Assembly: GCA_964429995.1 (NCBI GenBank)
Contig: CAYSDY010000001.1
Location: 157,777-221,776, forward strand
Length of the DNA stretch: 64,000 nt
DNA from: an uncultured Methanosarcinales archaeon
GTDB taxonomy: Archaea; Nanobdellota; Nanobdellia; Woesearchaeales; UBA583
Reading direction: 5' to 3'
Every line of letters begins with the position of its first letter. Position 1 is the stretch's first letter. Below are positions 47,643 through 57,500 of this stretch, piece after piece. The notes under the pieces were generated by a model that was not told the origin of the DNA, did not search any database, and saw nothing but the letters and a program-made list of their open reading frames with translations. Made by a program: the position numbers and the translations under genes.

Positions 47643-49130
47643 TTAGTTGTTATTTATTTTATTGGAGACATTCTTAACTTCTCTAAGTATATGAGATATT
47701 ACTTTGTCTGATGATGAATAATATTGATTTATATATTTTCCAACTTCATCTATTTTATCTATATTGTTTTTGGCTAAATAGTCTAAAATTAATACTTTTT
47801 TCTTAATTTCTGTGTAGAATTCCTGTTCTGTTATCCCTTGAAATTCTTCTAAACGCTTGATTATGTTTACGGGTTTATTTTTAAAGTAATGTTGTTTTGT
47901 CTTAGGATTGTATTGTAATATAACCCTTTGATTTCCTGTTTCATCAATTTCTGCAATTTGATGAGTAAATCTTTTTCCAGAACGCCTGTCTCTATGTTGA
48001 ACGCATATAAGACCTAGAGCAGAAAGTGTTATTTTTGGAATTTCAATAGGAGGTGAACTTAACCTTAAAACTGTTTCTTCTGCAGTATTTGCATGAAATG
48101 TGCCATATACGCTGTGACCAGTACGCATAGCTTCAAAAAGCACTTCTGCTTCTTGTTTTTTTCTTATTTCTCCTATAACTATTCTATCAGGCCTCATTCT
48201 TAATGAGTTTACTATAAGATCTAACATACTAACTCCACCTTTCCCCTCTTGATTTGCTTGTCTTGCCTCCATTGGTACCCAGTGAGCATATTCAGCAAGT
48301 TTTATTTCTCTTGTATCCTCTACTGAAATTATCCTTTGATCTGCTGGAATAAAACATGTTATCGCATTTAAAAAAGATGTCTTTCCTGAACCTGTTCCAC
48401 CTGAAACAATTATTGAAAATTCATTTTCTATTGCTATCCATATCAATGCAAGTGCAATTGATGATGAGGTTCCTACATTTATAAGATCTGAAACTGTCCA
48501 TGGTTTATCAGAGAATCTTCTTATTGTTATTGTTGTTCCTTTTGTTGATATTGAGTTTAAAGTAGCATTAACCCTATGACCTCCTCTTAAATGAGCGTCT
48601 AGAAGTGGGTTAAGATTGGAAAAATATTTCCTGTTTTCCATTGCTATTCTTGAACATATATTTTGAATTTCATCATCTGACAAAAATTTAAGATTGGTCT
48701 TAAGCCAACCGTATTGTCTGTGATATATCATTATATTATTATCACCACCATTAACAGTAATCTCTTCTATGTTCGAATCACTTATAAGAATATCTATAAA
48801 ACCAAGATCTAAACTTTTTTGAACAATATATGTTATTAATTTTTGTTTTAAATCTATCTCAAGTATTGGTATATAAAAATCAATTAATTCTGTTACTTTT
48901 TTGATATAAGCCTTCTTTAACATGCTGTAATCAAAATTATCCTCTTCTCCCTCAAATATTCCTTCTCTTAAAAGATCCTCTTTTATCTTAGCTATTATGT
49001 ATTTTGTGTGTGTTCCTATATCTAATATGCCAACCTCATATGTAGGAATGAATGACTCATTTTCCTTATACACGCTTATATCAATTCTAGTACCTTCAAA
49101 AATAATTTCATATTTATCTATCAGTTCCAT
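47643..49130 (-). CDS. CpaF/TadA-family pilus assembly ATPase
   Basis: GGTGSGKT, SVEDTRE, LRMRPDRIVIGEIR, TGH...TFHA. Confidence 0.93.
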   Translation of the reverse strand: MELIDKYEIIFEGTRIDISVYKENESFIPTYEVGILDIGTHTKYIIAKIKEDLLREGIFEGEEDNFDYSMLKKAYIKKVTELIDFYIPILEIDLKQKLITYIVQKSLDLGFIDILISDSNIEEITVNGGDNNIMIYHRQYGWLKTNLKFLSDDEIQNICSRIAMENRKYFSNLNPLLDAHLRGGHRVNATLNSISTKGTTITIRRFSDKPWTVSDLINVGTSSSIALALIWIAIENEFSIIVSGGTGSGKTSFLNAITCFIPADQRIISVEDTREIKLAEYAHWVPMEARQANQEGKGGVSMLDLIVNSLRMRPDRIVIGEIRKKQEAEVLFEAMRTGHSVYGTFHANTAEETVLRLSSPPIEIPKITLSALGLICVQHRDRRSGKRFTHQIAEIDETGNQRVILQYNPKTKQHYFKNKPVNIIKRLEEFQGITEQEFYTEIKKKVLILDYLAKNNIDKIDEVGKYINQYYSSSDKVISHILREVKNVSNKINNN

Positions 49131-50542
49131 TTTTTTGATTCTATGAGGGTTTTTATCTTTTTATTTGTACTTATCTTTTGTTCTCTTTTTATTCCTGAAA
49201 GATTCAAATAAAATATTATTTTTTCATATAATTTTAATATTTCCTGTTCAGACATTGACTTTTTAAGCCTTTGGTAGTATAAGTCTATTTCTTTCACATA
49301 ATTATTTGAAGATCTTTTAGAATTTTTTTCCTCGCCTACTGATATATCAAGTTTTGAGGATATTTCATTTATTGAAAATAAAAAATCATTATATTTATAT
49401 GAATTGTCTTTATTAAAACCATCTATTCTTTCGTTATAATTGTTCTCTTGAATTATGTCTTCTTGAATGTTTAAATCTGCATCATAATTATTGATTTTTT
49501 TTTTGGATGATTTTGATAATTGTAGGTGATAAAGGTACTCTCTTTTATCTTGTAACGCTTTGGAGTTTTTGTATGCATCAAAAAACATATCTATGTTGTG
49601 AGAAAAAAATTGCTTGTTCATGTCAGCAAAAAGATTGTTTATTTCTATATACATTGATTGTTTTTCTTCAAGAAAAAGATCAGGAATTCTATTGAATTCG
49701 TTAAGTATTTGATTATAAAGCAATAAACATTTCTGTATGTCTTTTTTAAGTTTAAAATAATGGTATGTACTCTTAAGTTTTATGATGGTTGCTTTTCTTA
49801 AGTCTAATTCCTTCTTGTAATAAGATTCTAAAAATTGCTGGGAATGCTCTAGAACCTTGTTTGTTTTTAATAGGTAAATATCCAAATCAAACACAAAACT
49901 TTCTGGAATTGTAGTCAAAAAAATTTTTATTGATGCAATGTTGGATTCTATAGAATTTAAATCTGCCTTATCTAATGATTGTTTTAATAATACAAGTCTT
50001 TTGTGTAAATCAGATTTAAAATTGGATATATACTTCTCTTTTATGGAATTTAACTGTTGATAGAAACTGTTTTCAATCTGATAAAGCCTTTTTGCTATTC
50101 CTATCTTATTAAAAGTTAAAAGATTTGGTATTTTGCTTGAAATCAACTTCATTTTTCTTGTAAGAATAGTTATCTTATGGAATTCTGATGTTTCTACAGC
50201 TTTTATCAACTCATTTTTTATTGATTCTATCTGTTGTTCTATGATTTTTTCATTTCTTATGTTTTTTTCTAAAAATTCTTTAGAATATCTTTCACCAAGA
50301 CTTAGAAGAAAACTATTTGTACTCTGACTTATTCCAAAAAATTTATTTGGAAGATCTTGATCAAATTTACTTATCAACTTGTAGAGCTCTTCAAGAAAAA
50401 TGTTGTCTTTGTCTTGAGAGTTCTGCTCTATGTCGTAAATTTTGTCTTCAACATCTTTCTGAAAATCTAAATTCGTATTTTTATACTTGTCTGAATTTTT
50501 TTGTTCAAATTCATCTAAAAAAGAATCAATATCTAAAACCAT
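49121..50542 (-). CDS. Hypothetical helical protein in pilus operon
   Basis: 473-aa ORF overlapping the ATPase start. Confidence 0.72.
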   Translation of the reverse strand: MVLDIDSFLDEFEQKNSDKYKNTNLDFQKDVEDKIYDIEQNSQDKDNIFLEELYKLISKFDQDLPNKFFGISQSTNSFLLSLGERYSKEFLEKNIRNEKIIEQQIESIKNELIKAVETSEFHKITILTRKMKLISSKIPNLLTFNKIGIAKRLYQIENSFYQQLNSIKEKYISNFKSDLHKRLVLLKQSLDKADLNSIESNIASIKIFLTTIPESFVFDLDIYLLKTNKVLEHSQQFLESYYKKELDLRKATIIKLKSTYHYFKLKKDIQKCLLLYNQILNEFNRIPDLFLEEKQSMYIEINNLFADMNKQFFSHNIDMFFDAYKNSKALQDKREYLYHLQLSKSSKKKINNYDADLNIQEDIIQENNYNERIDGFNKDNSYKYNDFLFSINEISSKLDISVGEEKNSKRSSNNYVKEIDLYYQRLKKSMSEQEILKLYEKIIFYLNLSGIKREQKISTNKKIKTLIESKKWN

Positions 50543-50544
50543 TT

Positions 50545-51048
50545 TTAAAATTTAATTAAATCCTCCTTGTATGCATACCATGCCTTTTCTATCATATGAT
50601 CTTGTACATTTCTGCTTTTGGCCTTTAAAAAAAAATCATTTTTTATTTCAGATTCATATTTGAGTATAAACCTAGGCCACAACTGCCTGATCATCTGATC
50701 ATTTATACTCTTTAATTGTGATTTTTTAAAAAATTCTGCCTTTATCATTTCAATATTTAAAAAATTCTCATTAGTATGATGTTGTTTTATTTCATCGTGC
50801 ATCGCGTTTACTGGATTATTTCCTTTTTTTGTACTTTCAGCAACTTCTTCTTTTATTTTTGCAAACCCTTCAAGACCTCTATAAAACACTGTAAGAACAT
50901 TATATTCTTCAAGTATTGTGAGCCATTTTTCTAACAGACCTGTAGACACATTAAGTTTTTCCTGTATGTATTTGATAGAACATATTTTTTTTTCCTTAAG
51001 TATTTCCACCATGTCGTCTATCGGAGTTTTAAGAATAGTGTTATGCAT
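50545..51048 (-). CDS. Hypothetical protein with wHTH-like N-terminus, pilus operon
   Basis: KTPIDDMVEIL...LNVSTGLLEKWLTILEE. Confidence 0.7.
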   Translation of the reverse strand: MHNTILKTPIDDMVEILKEKKICSIKYIQEKLNVSTGLLEKWLTILEEYNVLTVFYRGLEGFAKIKEEVAESTKKGNNPVNAMHDEIKQHHTNENFLNIEMIKAEFFKKSQLKSINDQMIRQLWPRFILKYESEIKNDFFLKAKSRNVQDHMIEKAWYAYKEDLIKF

Positions 51049-51177
51049 AATATTTTTTCTGTTAAAATTTGATTTTATATCTTTATTTTAATTACAAAGT
51101 AATTAATGCCTTGTTGCTTTGTAAATTTTAGAATAACAAATCATGATATATGCAAAAACACAAAATTTTTAGGAAAT

Positions 51178-52110
51178 TTAATTGTATTGTATGTCTATTA
51201 TTGACAAGGCAAAGTTATCAATATTTCCAATTATATCTTTTAACAATTGGTTTACAACAAGATAGATATTAATTTCTGATTTATCTATGTTTTCTTTGTA
51301 TTTGTCAAGCTCTTTTAACAAGGACTGTTTTTTGTCAAGGTATAAATCAAGATTGTTATCTATGTTGATACCTTTTTGCAAAAATTTTGATATAAAATTA
51401 AAATAAATGCCAACAGAATCTATCATCATAAATATTTGTGCAATATTTTCATCTGTACTATTCTTTAGATACCTACTAACTCTTTTAATCATATCTCCTA
51501 TGGCTTCAAGTGTTGATATTATACGCCAATAGTATATTGCATTCCTATTAAGGTTAAATTTTGAGTTGATCATAAGATTATTATTGATAACTTTGTATCC
51601 TAAAAATGAAAGCTTATTTATGTTTGAATCCATCTGCATAATAAAATTGTAATTATCTTTTGTTGTTGATTTTTCAAACATTGTTCTAACTATCCCCATC
51701 ATTTTTTCTATCAAAATATTGATATCTAAATTATCTATGTCACTTATATCTTTTAATAATATGTATTCATCATTTATTTCATATATTTCAACTGATGGTA
51801 ATTTCTCAATAAATATCTTTATTTCATTAAATTTATCTGAAATTTTTTCACCCTTTATTTTTATATATTTATAATTTTTTAAGTAATAAGAAATTAATAT
51901 TTTATTGAATATTTTTAAATTATGAATATCCATATCAAGTTCTATAATGCTATTATCTTCTTTTTTGGGAACTGAATATATAAGTGTATTATTCTTTTCT
52001 ATACATACAAGATTATCACCTTTTGAAACTGAATTAGCCTTCATCCATTCGTTAGGAATCGTTATTACATATGAACTATTTCCAAACCTTATTACTCTTC
52101 TTGAATCCAT
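51178..52110 (-). CDS. AbrB + PhoU-like phosphate-uptake regulator
   Basis: RRVIRFGNSSYVITIPNEW...KGD AbrB domain; LEAIGD PhoU-like motif. Confidence 0.85.
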   Translation of the reverse strand: MDSRRVIRFGNSSYVITIPNEWMKANSVSKGDNLVCIEKNNTLIYSVPKKEDNSIIELDMDIHNLKIFNKILISYYLKNYKYIKIKGEKISDKFNEIKIFIEKLPSVEIYEINDEYILLKDISDIDNLDINILIEKMMGIVRTMFEKSTTKDNYNFIMQMDSNINKLSFLGYKVINNNLMINSKFNLNRNAIYYWRIISTLEAIGDMIKRVSRYLKNSTDENIAQIFMMIDSVGIYFNFISKFLQKGINIDNNLDLYLDKKQSLLKELDKYKENIDKSEINIYLVVNQLLKDIIGNIDNFALSIIDIQYN

Positions 52111-52140
52111 AAAAAATATAATTTATATATATTTATATAT

Positions 52141-53181
52141 CTAATGATTTATCTGAAAAGTTTTAATAAGTGATTTTATGAAAATTGATGTAACCGATAT
52201 AATCAATGGACCTAGTATAAGTCCAGAAATTCCAAAAACAAAAATACCACCTATAAAACCTATAAAAACCAACACTGGTGGAATAGTATCTTTATCACTC
52301 ATAAGCATAGGTCTTATAAAATTATCAACTAAATTTATTATTAATGTCCCATAAATAAGAAGTCCTATTCCTGCTATCTTTTGACCTGTTATTATTAAAT
52401 ACACCGATACAGGAACCCATATAAGCGGAGTTCCAAGGTATGGTATAAGACTAATTATCAGTGTTAAAAATGTGATTATAAGTATATTTGGAGCCCCAAA
52501 AAGAACATATCCAATAAATGCAACAAATGTTTGCACTACTCCTGTTATAAAATATCCCTTAAATAAAATTTTTAAACTTTTAGCTATCTGATTCAATATT
52601 TCTTTTTGACGACTGATGTTTAATGGAACATACTCTGAAAATGTTTTAAATATCAACTCGTTGTATATCAACATATAATAAGCTATGAAAAGAATGATAA
52701 ATACAGTTGCAAGCATGCTTGGAATGGATGAAAAAAATTCTTGGGAAAGGTTGGCTATAAAAGATACAAATTTGTTGAAAAATGATGAATAATCTATATC
52801 AGACAAAACATTTGAATTACTAAATTCAGAAATTATTATTTTTATTTGAGAATTTAATATATGTGGATTTTCAAGATATATCCTGTATTCTAAAACAAGT
52901 TTTATAAGATTTAATATTAGAAAATATGAAAGAAGTGCTAATGGTATAAAAAGTATAATAAGGCTTGTTAAAATCGTGATTAGTGATGCAATTCTTTTGT
53001 TTTTAGTTTTTTTAAAAAAATATTGAAACAATGGATAAAGAAAATATGCAATAATCATACTATATATTATTTTTGTAAATAAATCTTTTATTACATATGC
53101 TGATATTATCAAAAGAAAAATTGTTATTGCTAATAAAAATCTTTTTTCAATATCTATTGCATATCTATTGTTTTCTGCCAT
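52141..53181 (-). CDS. AI-2E family transporter
   Basis: AYFLYP, IPYLG, VDNFIRP, GFIGG...GLILGP. Confidence 0.9.
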   Translation of the reverse strand: MAENNRYAIDIEKRFLLAITIFLLIISAYVIKDLFTKIIYSMIIAYFLYPLFQYFFKKTKNKRIASLITILTSLIILFIPLALLSYFLILNLIKLVLEYRIYLENPHILNSQIKIIISEFSNSNVLSDIDYSSFFNKFVSFIANLSQEFFSSIPSMLATVFIILFIAYYMLIYNELIFKTFSEYVPLNISRQKEILNQIAKSLKILFKGYFITGVVQTFVAFIGYVLFGAPNILIITFLTLIISLIPYLGTPLIWVPVSVYLIITGQKIAGIGLLIYGTLIINLVDNFIRPMLMSDKDTIPPVLVFIGFIGGIFVFGISGLILGPLIISVTSIFIKSLIKTFQINH

Positions 53182-53577
53182 TTATTTCACCTTGATTTTT
53201 AATATTTCCTTAACCATTGAAAGATAATAATGTTTTTCTTCCTCTAGTATGTTATCTATAGATACGGTACTTTCTCCGTAAAGACTATTTTTAATTGCAA
53301 TGTTTGAAATCTTCATGAGTCTTAAATTTATGAGTTCTGTTATGATCTCTTTGGATTTTATTAGTAGATGCTTTTCTTTTGATAATTTTTCATTGTCGTG
53401 TGATAATAAAGTTTTTATTTCATCTTTTTTTGATGTAAGAAAATTGTTCATTGATACATAAAAATTTTTATCTATTCCCTGAAGCTGTTTTTTAGTTTTT
53501 TCTTCTCTTAAAAGATTGTATAGAGAATTAAATGTTAGAAGTGGTATTTGAGAAGAAGAATTTATTGTTTCATTCAT
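53182..53577 (-). CDS. GINS-family replication protein (A-domain only)
   Basis: LYNLLREEK...LQGIDKNFY...LINLRLMKI...EEEK pattern. Confidence 0.68.
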   Translation of the reverse strand: MNETINSSSQIPLLTFNSLYNLLREEKTKKQLQGIDKNFYVSMNNFLTSKKDEIKTLLSHDNEKLSKEKHLLIKSKEIITELINLRLMKISNIAIKNSLYGESTVSIDNILEEEKHYYLSMVKEILKIKVK

Positions 53578-53631
53578 AGAATTTATTATATGTTATTATA
53601 TTTAAATTTTTCTAAATACTAGCTGTATATT

Positions 53632-53742
53632 GAGAAGGTAAGAAAATCCAAAAGATTTTTAAGCTTCTTTAAAAGGCAGTCTTTTAAACCACAACTTTGA
53701 CTTTTTAGCATTAATAATCAAAGGTTTTATAAATCTTTTATC
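53632..53742. mobile_element. MITE-like element copy 5 (degenerate)
   Basis: TATT-GAGAA start; collinear blocks AGCTTCTT, CTTTTTA(CA)GCATTAA and GGTTTT shared with copy 3; right TATT not retained. Confidence 0.45.
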
Positions 53743-53891
53743 AGTAACTTTTATAGGTGTTATGTTTTTTGGTTAAAAAGATGTTTTAATCAAAAATTCA
53801 AATCATAATAAGATTGTAAGTTTATCTTTTATGCATAACGCCATTATCCTTTAGCTATTTATCGTTAAAGGTTGCTTACTAATGTTTGAAA

Positions 53892-54377
53892 ATGGCAAAA
53901 GAAACTGTTGAAGTTTTAATAGAAGGAGGTAAAGCTACTGCTGCTCCTCCATTAGGGCCTGCTTTAGGTCCTCTAAAAGTTAATATAGGGCAGGTTGTTG
54001 CTGACATAAACAAGAAAACTGCTGATTTTAAAGGAATGAAAGTTCCTGTGAAGGTTATTGTTGATACTGAAACAAAAGCGTATGAAATAACAATTGGTAC
54101 TCCACCTGCATCACAATTGATAAAAACTGAACTTGGCATAAAAACTGGTTCTGCAAAACCTAATACTGATTTTGTTGGAAACATATCAATTGAACAAATA
54201 AGAAAAATTGCAAATATGAAATTTGATTCTTTGCTTTCAAATGATATTAAGGCTGCTGTAAGAGAAATTGCTGGAACATGTTATTCTTTGGGAATAAAAG
54301 TTGATTCAAAACCTGCAAGAACTTTTATAAAAGATGTTAAAAATGGAAAATATGATAGGGAGTTTTTAAATAATTAA
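53892..54377 (+). CDS. rpl11: 50S ribosomal protein L11 (uL11)
   Basis: [38 protein letters not shown]. Confidence 0.97.
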   Translation: MAKETVEVLIEGGKATAAPPLGPALGPLKVNIGQVVADINKKTADFKGMKVPVKVIVDTETKAYEITIGTPPASQLIKTELGIKTGSAKPNTDFVGNISIEQIRKIANMKFDSLLSNDIKAAVREIAGTCYSLGIKVDSKPARTFIKDVKNGKYDREFLNN

Positions 54378-54378
54378 A

Positions 54379-54564
54379 ATGGGAAAGTCAAAAACAAAAA
54401 AAAAGTCATCTGAGCCATCAAAAAAATATGAATTTTATGAGAATGGCAAAAAAACAAGGAAAGAATGCCCAAAATGTGGAAAAGGTGTTTTTCTTGGAAT
54501 TTACAAGAACCCTAATAGATACCATTGTGGTAAATGTGGTTATAGTGAACACATAACAAATTAA
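54379..54564 (+). CDS. rps27ae: 30S ribosomal protein S27ae (eS31)
   Basis: [10 protein letters not shown]...RYHCGKCGY. Confidence 0.93.
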   Translation: MGKSKTKKKSSEPSKKYEFYENGKKTRKECPKCGKGVFLGIYKNPNRYHCGKCGYSEHITN

Positions 54565-54666
54565 AATAACAAAAAATTATTCTTTTAACATTTATGTGTT
54601 CGTTATAATTATTTTTTTTCTCATCAAAGGAAAGATTAATAATACTTCTTTGTTTGCATTTTTACT

Positions 54667-55593
54667 ATGGAAGAATTTGACATGATAGTTATAGGTGGTG
54701 GATGTGCTGGATTTTCCGCCTCAATGTATGCTGCAAGATTTAACCTTAAGACTCTTGTTATAGCAAAACAAAGAGGAGGCATGATAACAGAGACTGGTAT
54801 TGTTGAGAATTATCCTGGATTTGAGGCAATAGAAGGCATTGAACTTGGAAAAAGGCTTGAAAAACATGCCCAAAGCAATGGTGTTGAAATATTTGATGAT
54901 AATGTTTTGGAAATAAGACAGAATGATGATATGACATACTATGTAAAAACTGAATTTTTTGAAAAAGAATTCATATCAAAAGCAATTATAATTGCTACAG
55001 GAAGCAAACACAGAAAACTTGGAATTGGTGGAGAACAAGAATTTTTTGGGAAAGGTGTTAGTTATTGTGCAACTTGTGATGGAAATTTTTTTGCAGGTAA
55101 AACGGTAATTGTTGCTGGTGGTAGCGATTCTGCAATAAAAGAATCAATAATGCTTGCTCAAAAATCAACAAAAGTATATTTGATTGCAAGAGGAGATAAA
55201 CTAAAAGGAGAATTCAAAAATGTTGAAAAAATAAAGAATTTTCAAAATATTGAAATAATTTTGAATACAAATGTTTTGGAAGTCTGTGGAGATAAGCGTG
55301 TTGAATCTGTAAAACTTGATAATCCTTTTAATGGATCTTATGAACTTAAAACTGATGCTATATTTGTATCAATTGGAATAATGCCAAATAATGAACTTGG
55401 AAATCTCTTAGAATTAGAATTAAGTAAAAATGGAGAAATTGTTGTTGATAAACATCAAATAACAAGTAGAAAAGGAGTCTTTGCCGCAGGAGATGTTGTT
55501 GATTTTTCATGGAAACAAGGAATTGTTGCATCTGCACAAGGAGCAATTGCAGCACATAGTGCTTTTGAATACATAACAAGTAATTTTAAATAA
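54667..55593 (+). CDS. trxB: Thioredoxin reductase
   Basis: IGGGCAG, ENYPG, GVSYCATCDG, FAAGD. Confidence 0.93.
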   Translation: MEEFDMIVIGGGCAGFSASMYAARFNLKTLVIAKQRGGMITETGIVENYPGFEAIEGIELGKRLEKHAQSNGVEIFDDNVLEIRQNDDMTYYVKTEFFEKEFISKAIIIATGSKHRKLGIGGEQEFFGKGVSYCATCDGNFFAGKTVIVAGGSDSAIKESIMLAQKSTKVYLIARGDKLKGEFKNVEKIKNFQNIEIILNTNVLEVCGDKRVESVKLDNPFNGSYELKTDAIFVSIGIMPNNELGNLLELELSKNGEIVVDKHQITSRKGVFAAGDVVDFSWKQGIVASAQGAIAAHSAFEYITSNFK

Positions 55594-55644
55594 ATTTTTG
55601 TTTTTTATAATTAACTTTATATTGTATGTAATCATATTTTTTTT

Positions 55645-57495
55645 ATGAGTATAGAAATTCTTGATAATGAAATAGTAAATCAAATTGCAGCAGGAGAAGT
55701 TATAGAAAATCCAGCAGGAGCAATAAAAGAGCTTATTGAAAATTCTATAGATGCAGAATCTTCAAACATTCAGATTATTTTAGAAGATTATGGACTTAAA
55801 AAAATTATTGTTTCTGATGATGGAAAAGGAATTGAAAAAGATGATTTAAAAAAAGCTCCATTACGACATGCAACATCAAAGATCAAAAACTTTAATGATC
55901 TTTATTCAATAAAAACCATGGGATTTAGAGGAGAAGCATTAGCAAGTATTTTTGCAATATCTGATGCTAAAATAATATCAAGAACAAGCAAGGACAACAA
56001 TGCTTATATGATAGAATCTTCTAACCCTTTAAAGATAAGTGAAACTGCTGGAAATATAGGTACAAGCGTTATAATAGATAATATTTTTTGCAATGTTCCT
56101 GCCAGAAAAAAATATTTAAAATCAATGCAAAGTGAACTTAAAGATGTAATAGATGTTGTTACAAGATATTGCATAGCATATAATGAAATAAGTTTTGTGT
56201 TAAAACATAACGACAAAATTCTTATCCATAAACCTGCAATGAAAGATATGTTAAAATCAATATCCTATATGACTGATAAAAATGTAGGAGATAACCTTAT
56301 TAAGATATCTGATAAAATAAATGGAATAAACATAAATGCTTACATAATAAAACCTCAGATGTTAACTTTTTCATATTCTAAACATCAGTTTTTTTTTGTA
56401 AATAGACGTTTTATAAAATCAAAAATTCTAAAAGATGCTGTTTATTCAGGATATGGTACAAATCTTATGGAAGCAAGACATCCTTGTTTTTTCTTTTTTA
56501 TAGATATAGATACCGAAATAATAGATGTTAATGTGCATCCTACCAAAATTGAAATAAAATTTGAAAATGAACTTGAAATATTTAATGCCATAAAAAAGAT
56601 TGTCTCAGATGCTTTTTCAAATGAGCTTCTTTTTAAAGATGTTGTAAAAAATGATGAAAAACTATCCTCTTTTGTTACAATAAGCGAACAAATTAAAAAC
56701 AATAGTTCAGATAATCATAAAAAAAAATATTTTCAAAATAATATTCAAAAGGAACTTTATGATAGAATTAAAACATTTGATTTAGAAAGTGATGACAATA
56801 TAAGTAATACTCAAAATGAAGAAGATAATTTAGATGAATTAAAAATTAAAATATATGATAAAAATGATTCTTATCAAATTTATAATAACAATGAAACAAA
56901 ATTATCTAATTTTTTAGATGAATATAGAGTAATTGGACAGTTGAATAAAACATACATCCTTGTTGAAACATTAAATGAACTTTTAGTAATAGATCAACAT
57001 GCAGCAGAAGAAAAATTTAATTATGAAACACTAATAAAACAATTTGAAGGCAATGGTAAGGCTCAGCATTTACTAAAACCTCAAATGATAAATCTTGATA
57101 TTTCAGACATGCAAATAGTAAACGAACATGAAAATATGATAAAAAAATTAGGTTTTGAATTTGAGGTTTTTGGGAAAAATGATTTGATAATTAGGAAAAT
57201 CCCTATAGATGTAAGAGGCAAGGAAATGCCTTTAGATATCTTCTATGATATAATTGCAAGCATAAGAACCGATAAAAAGAGTGATTTTATTGAAAAAGAT
57301 GTAATATCAAAAATTGCATCAATGTCATGCAAAAGATCGATTAAAGCAGGACATGAAATGACAATTTTTGAGATGAAAACACTTATTGAAAGACTTAAAA
57401 CATTGAATGAACCATTTAATTGTCCACATGGAAGACCTGTAATATTAAGGTATAGTTTGGCATTTTTTGAAAAGGAATTTAAAAGAATCGTTTGA
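55645..57495 (+). CDS. mutL: DNA mismatch repair endonuclease MutL
   Basis: QIAAGEVIENP, KELIENSIDA, GFRGEALAS, DVNVHPTK, DQHAAEE, SCK, CPHGRP. Confidence 0.96.
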   Translation: MSIEILDNEIVNQIAAGEVIENPAGAIKELIENSIDAESSNIQIILEDYGLKKIIVSDDGKGIEKDDLKKAPLRHATSKIKNFNDLYSIKTMGFRGEALASIFAISDAKIISRTSKDNNAYMIESSNPLKISETAGNIGTSVIIDNIFCNVPARKKYLKSMQSELKDVIDVVTRYCIAYNEISFVLKHNDKILIHKPAMKDMLKSISYMTDKNVGDNLIKISDKINGININAYIIKPQMLTFSYSKHQFFFVNRRFIKSKILKDAVYSGYGTNLMEARHPCFFFFIDIDTEIIDVNVHPTKIEIKFENELEIFNAIKKIVSDAFSNELLFKDVVKNDEKLSSFVTISEQIKNNSSDNHKKKYFQNNIQKELYDRIKTFDLESDDNISNTQNEEDNLDELKIKIYDKNDSYQIYNNNETKLSNFLDEYRVIGQLNKTYILVETLNELLVIDQHAAEEKFNYETLIKQFEGNGKAQHLLKPQMINLDISDMQIVNEHENMIKKLGFEFEVFGKNDLIIRKIPIDVRGKEMPLDIFYDIIASIRTDKKSDFIEKDVISKIASMSCKRSIKAGHEMTIFEMKTLIERLKTLNEPFNCPHGRPVILRYSLAFFEKEFKRIV

Positions 57496-57500
57496 TTAAT

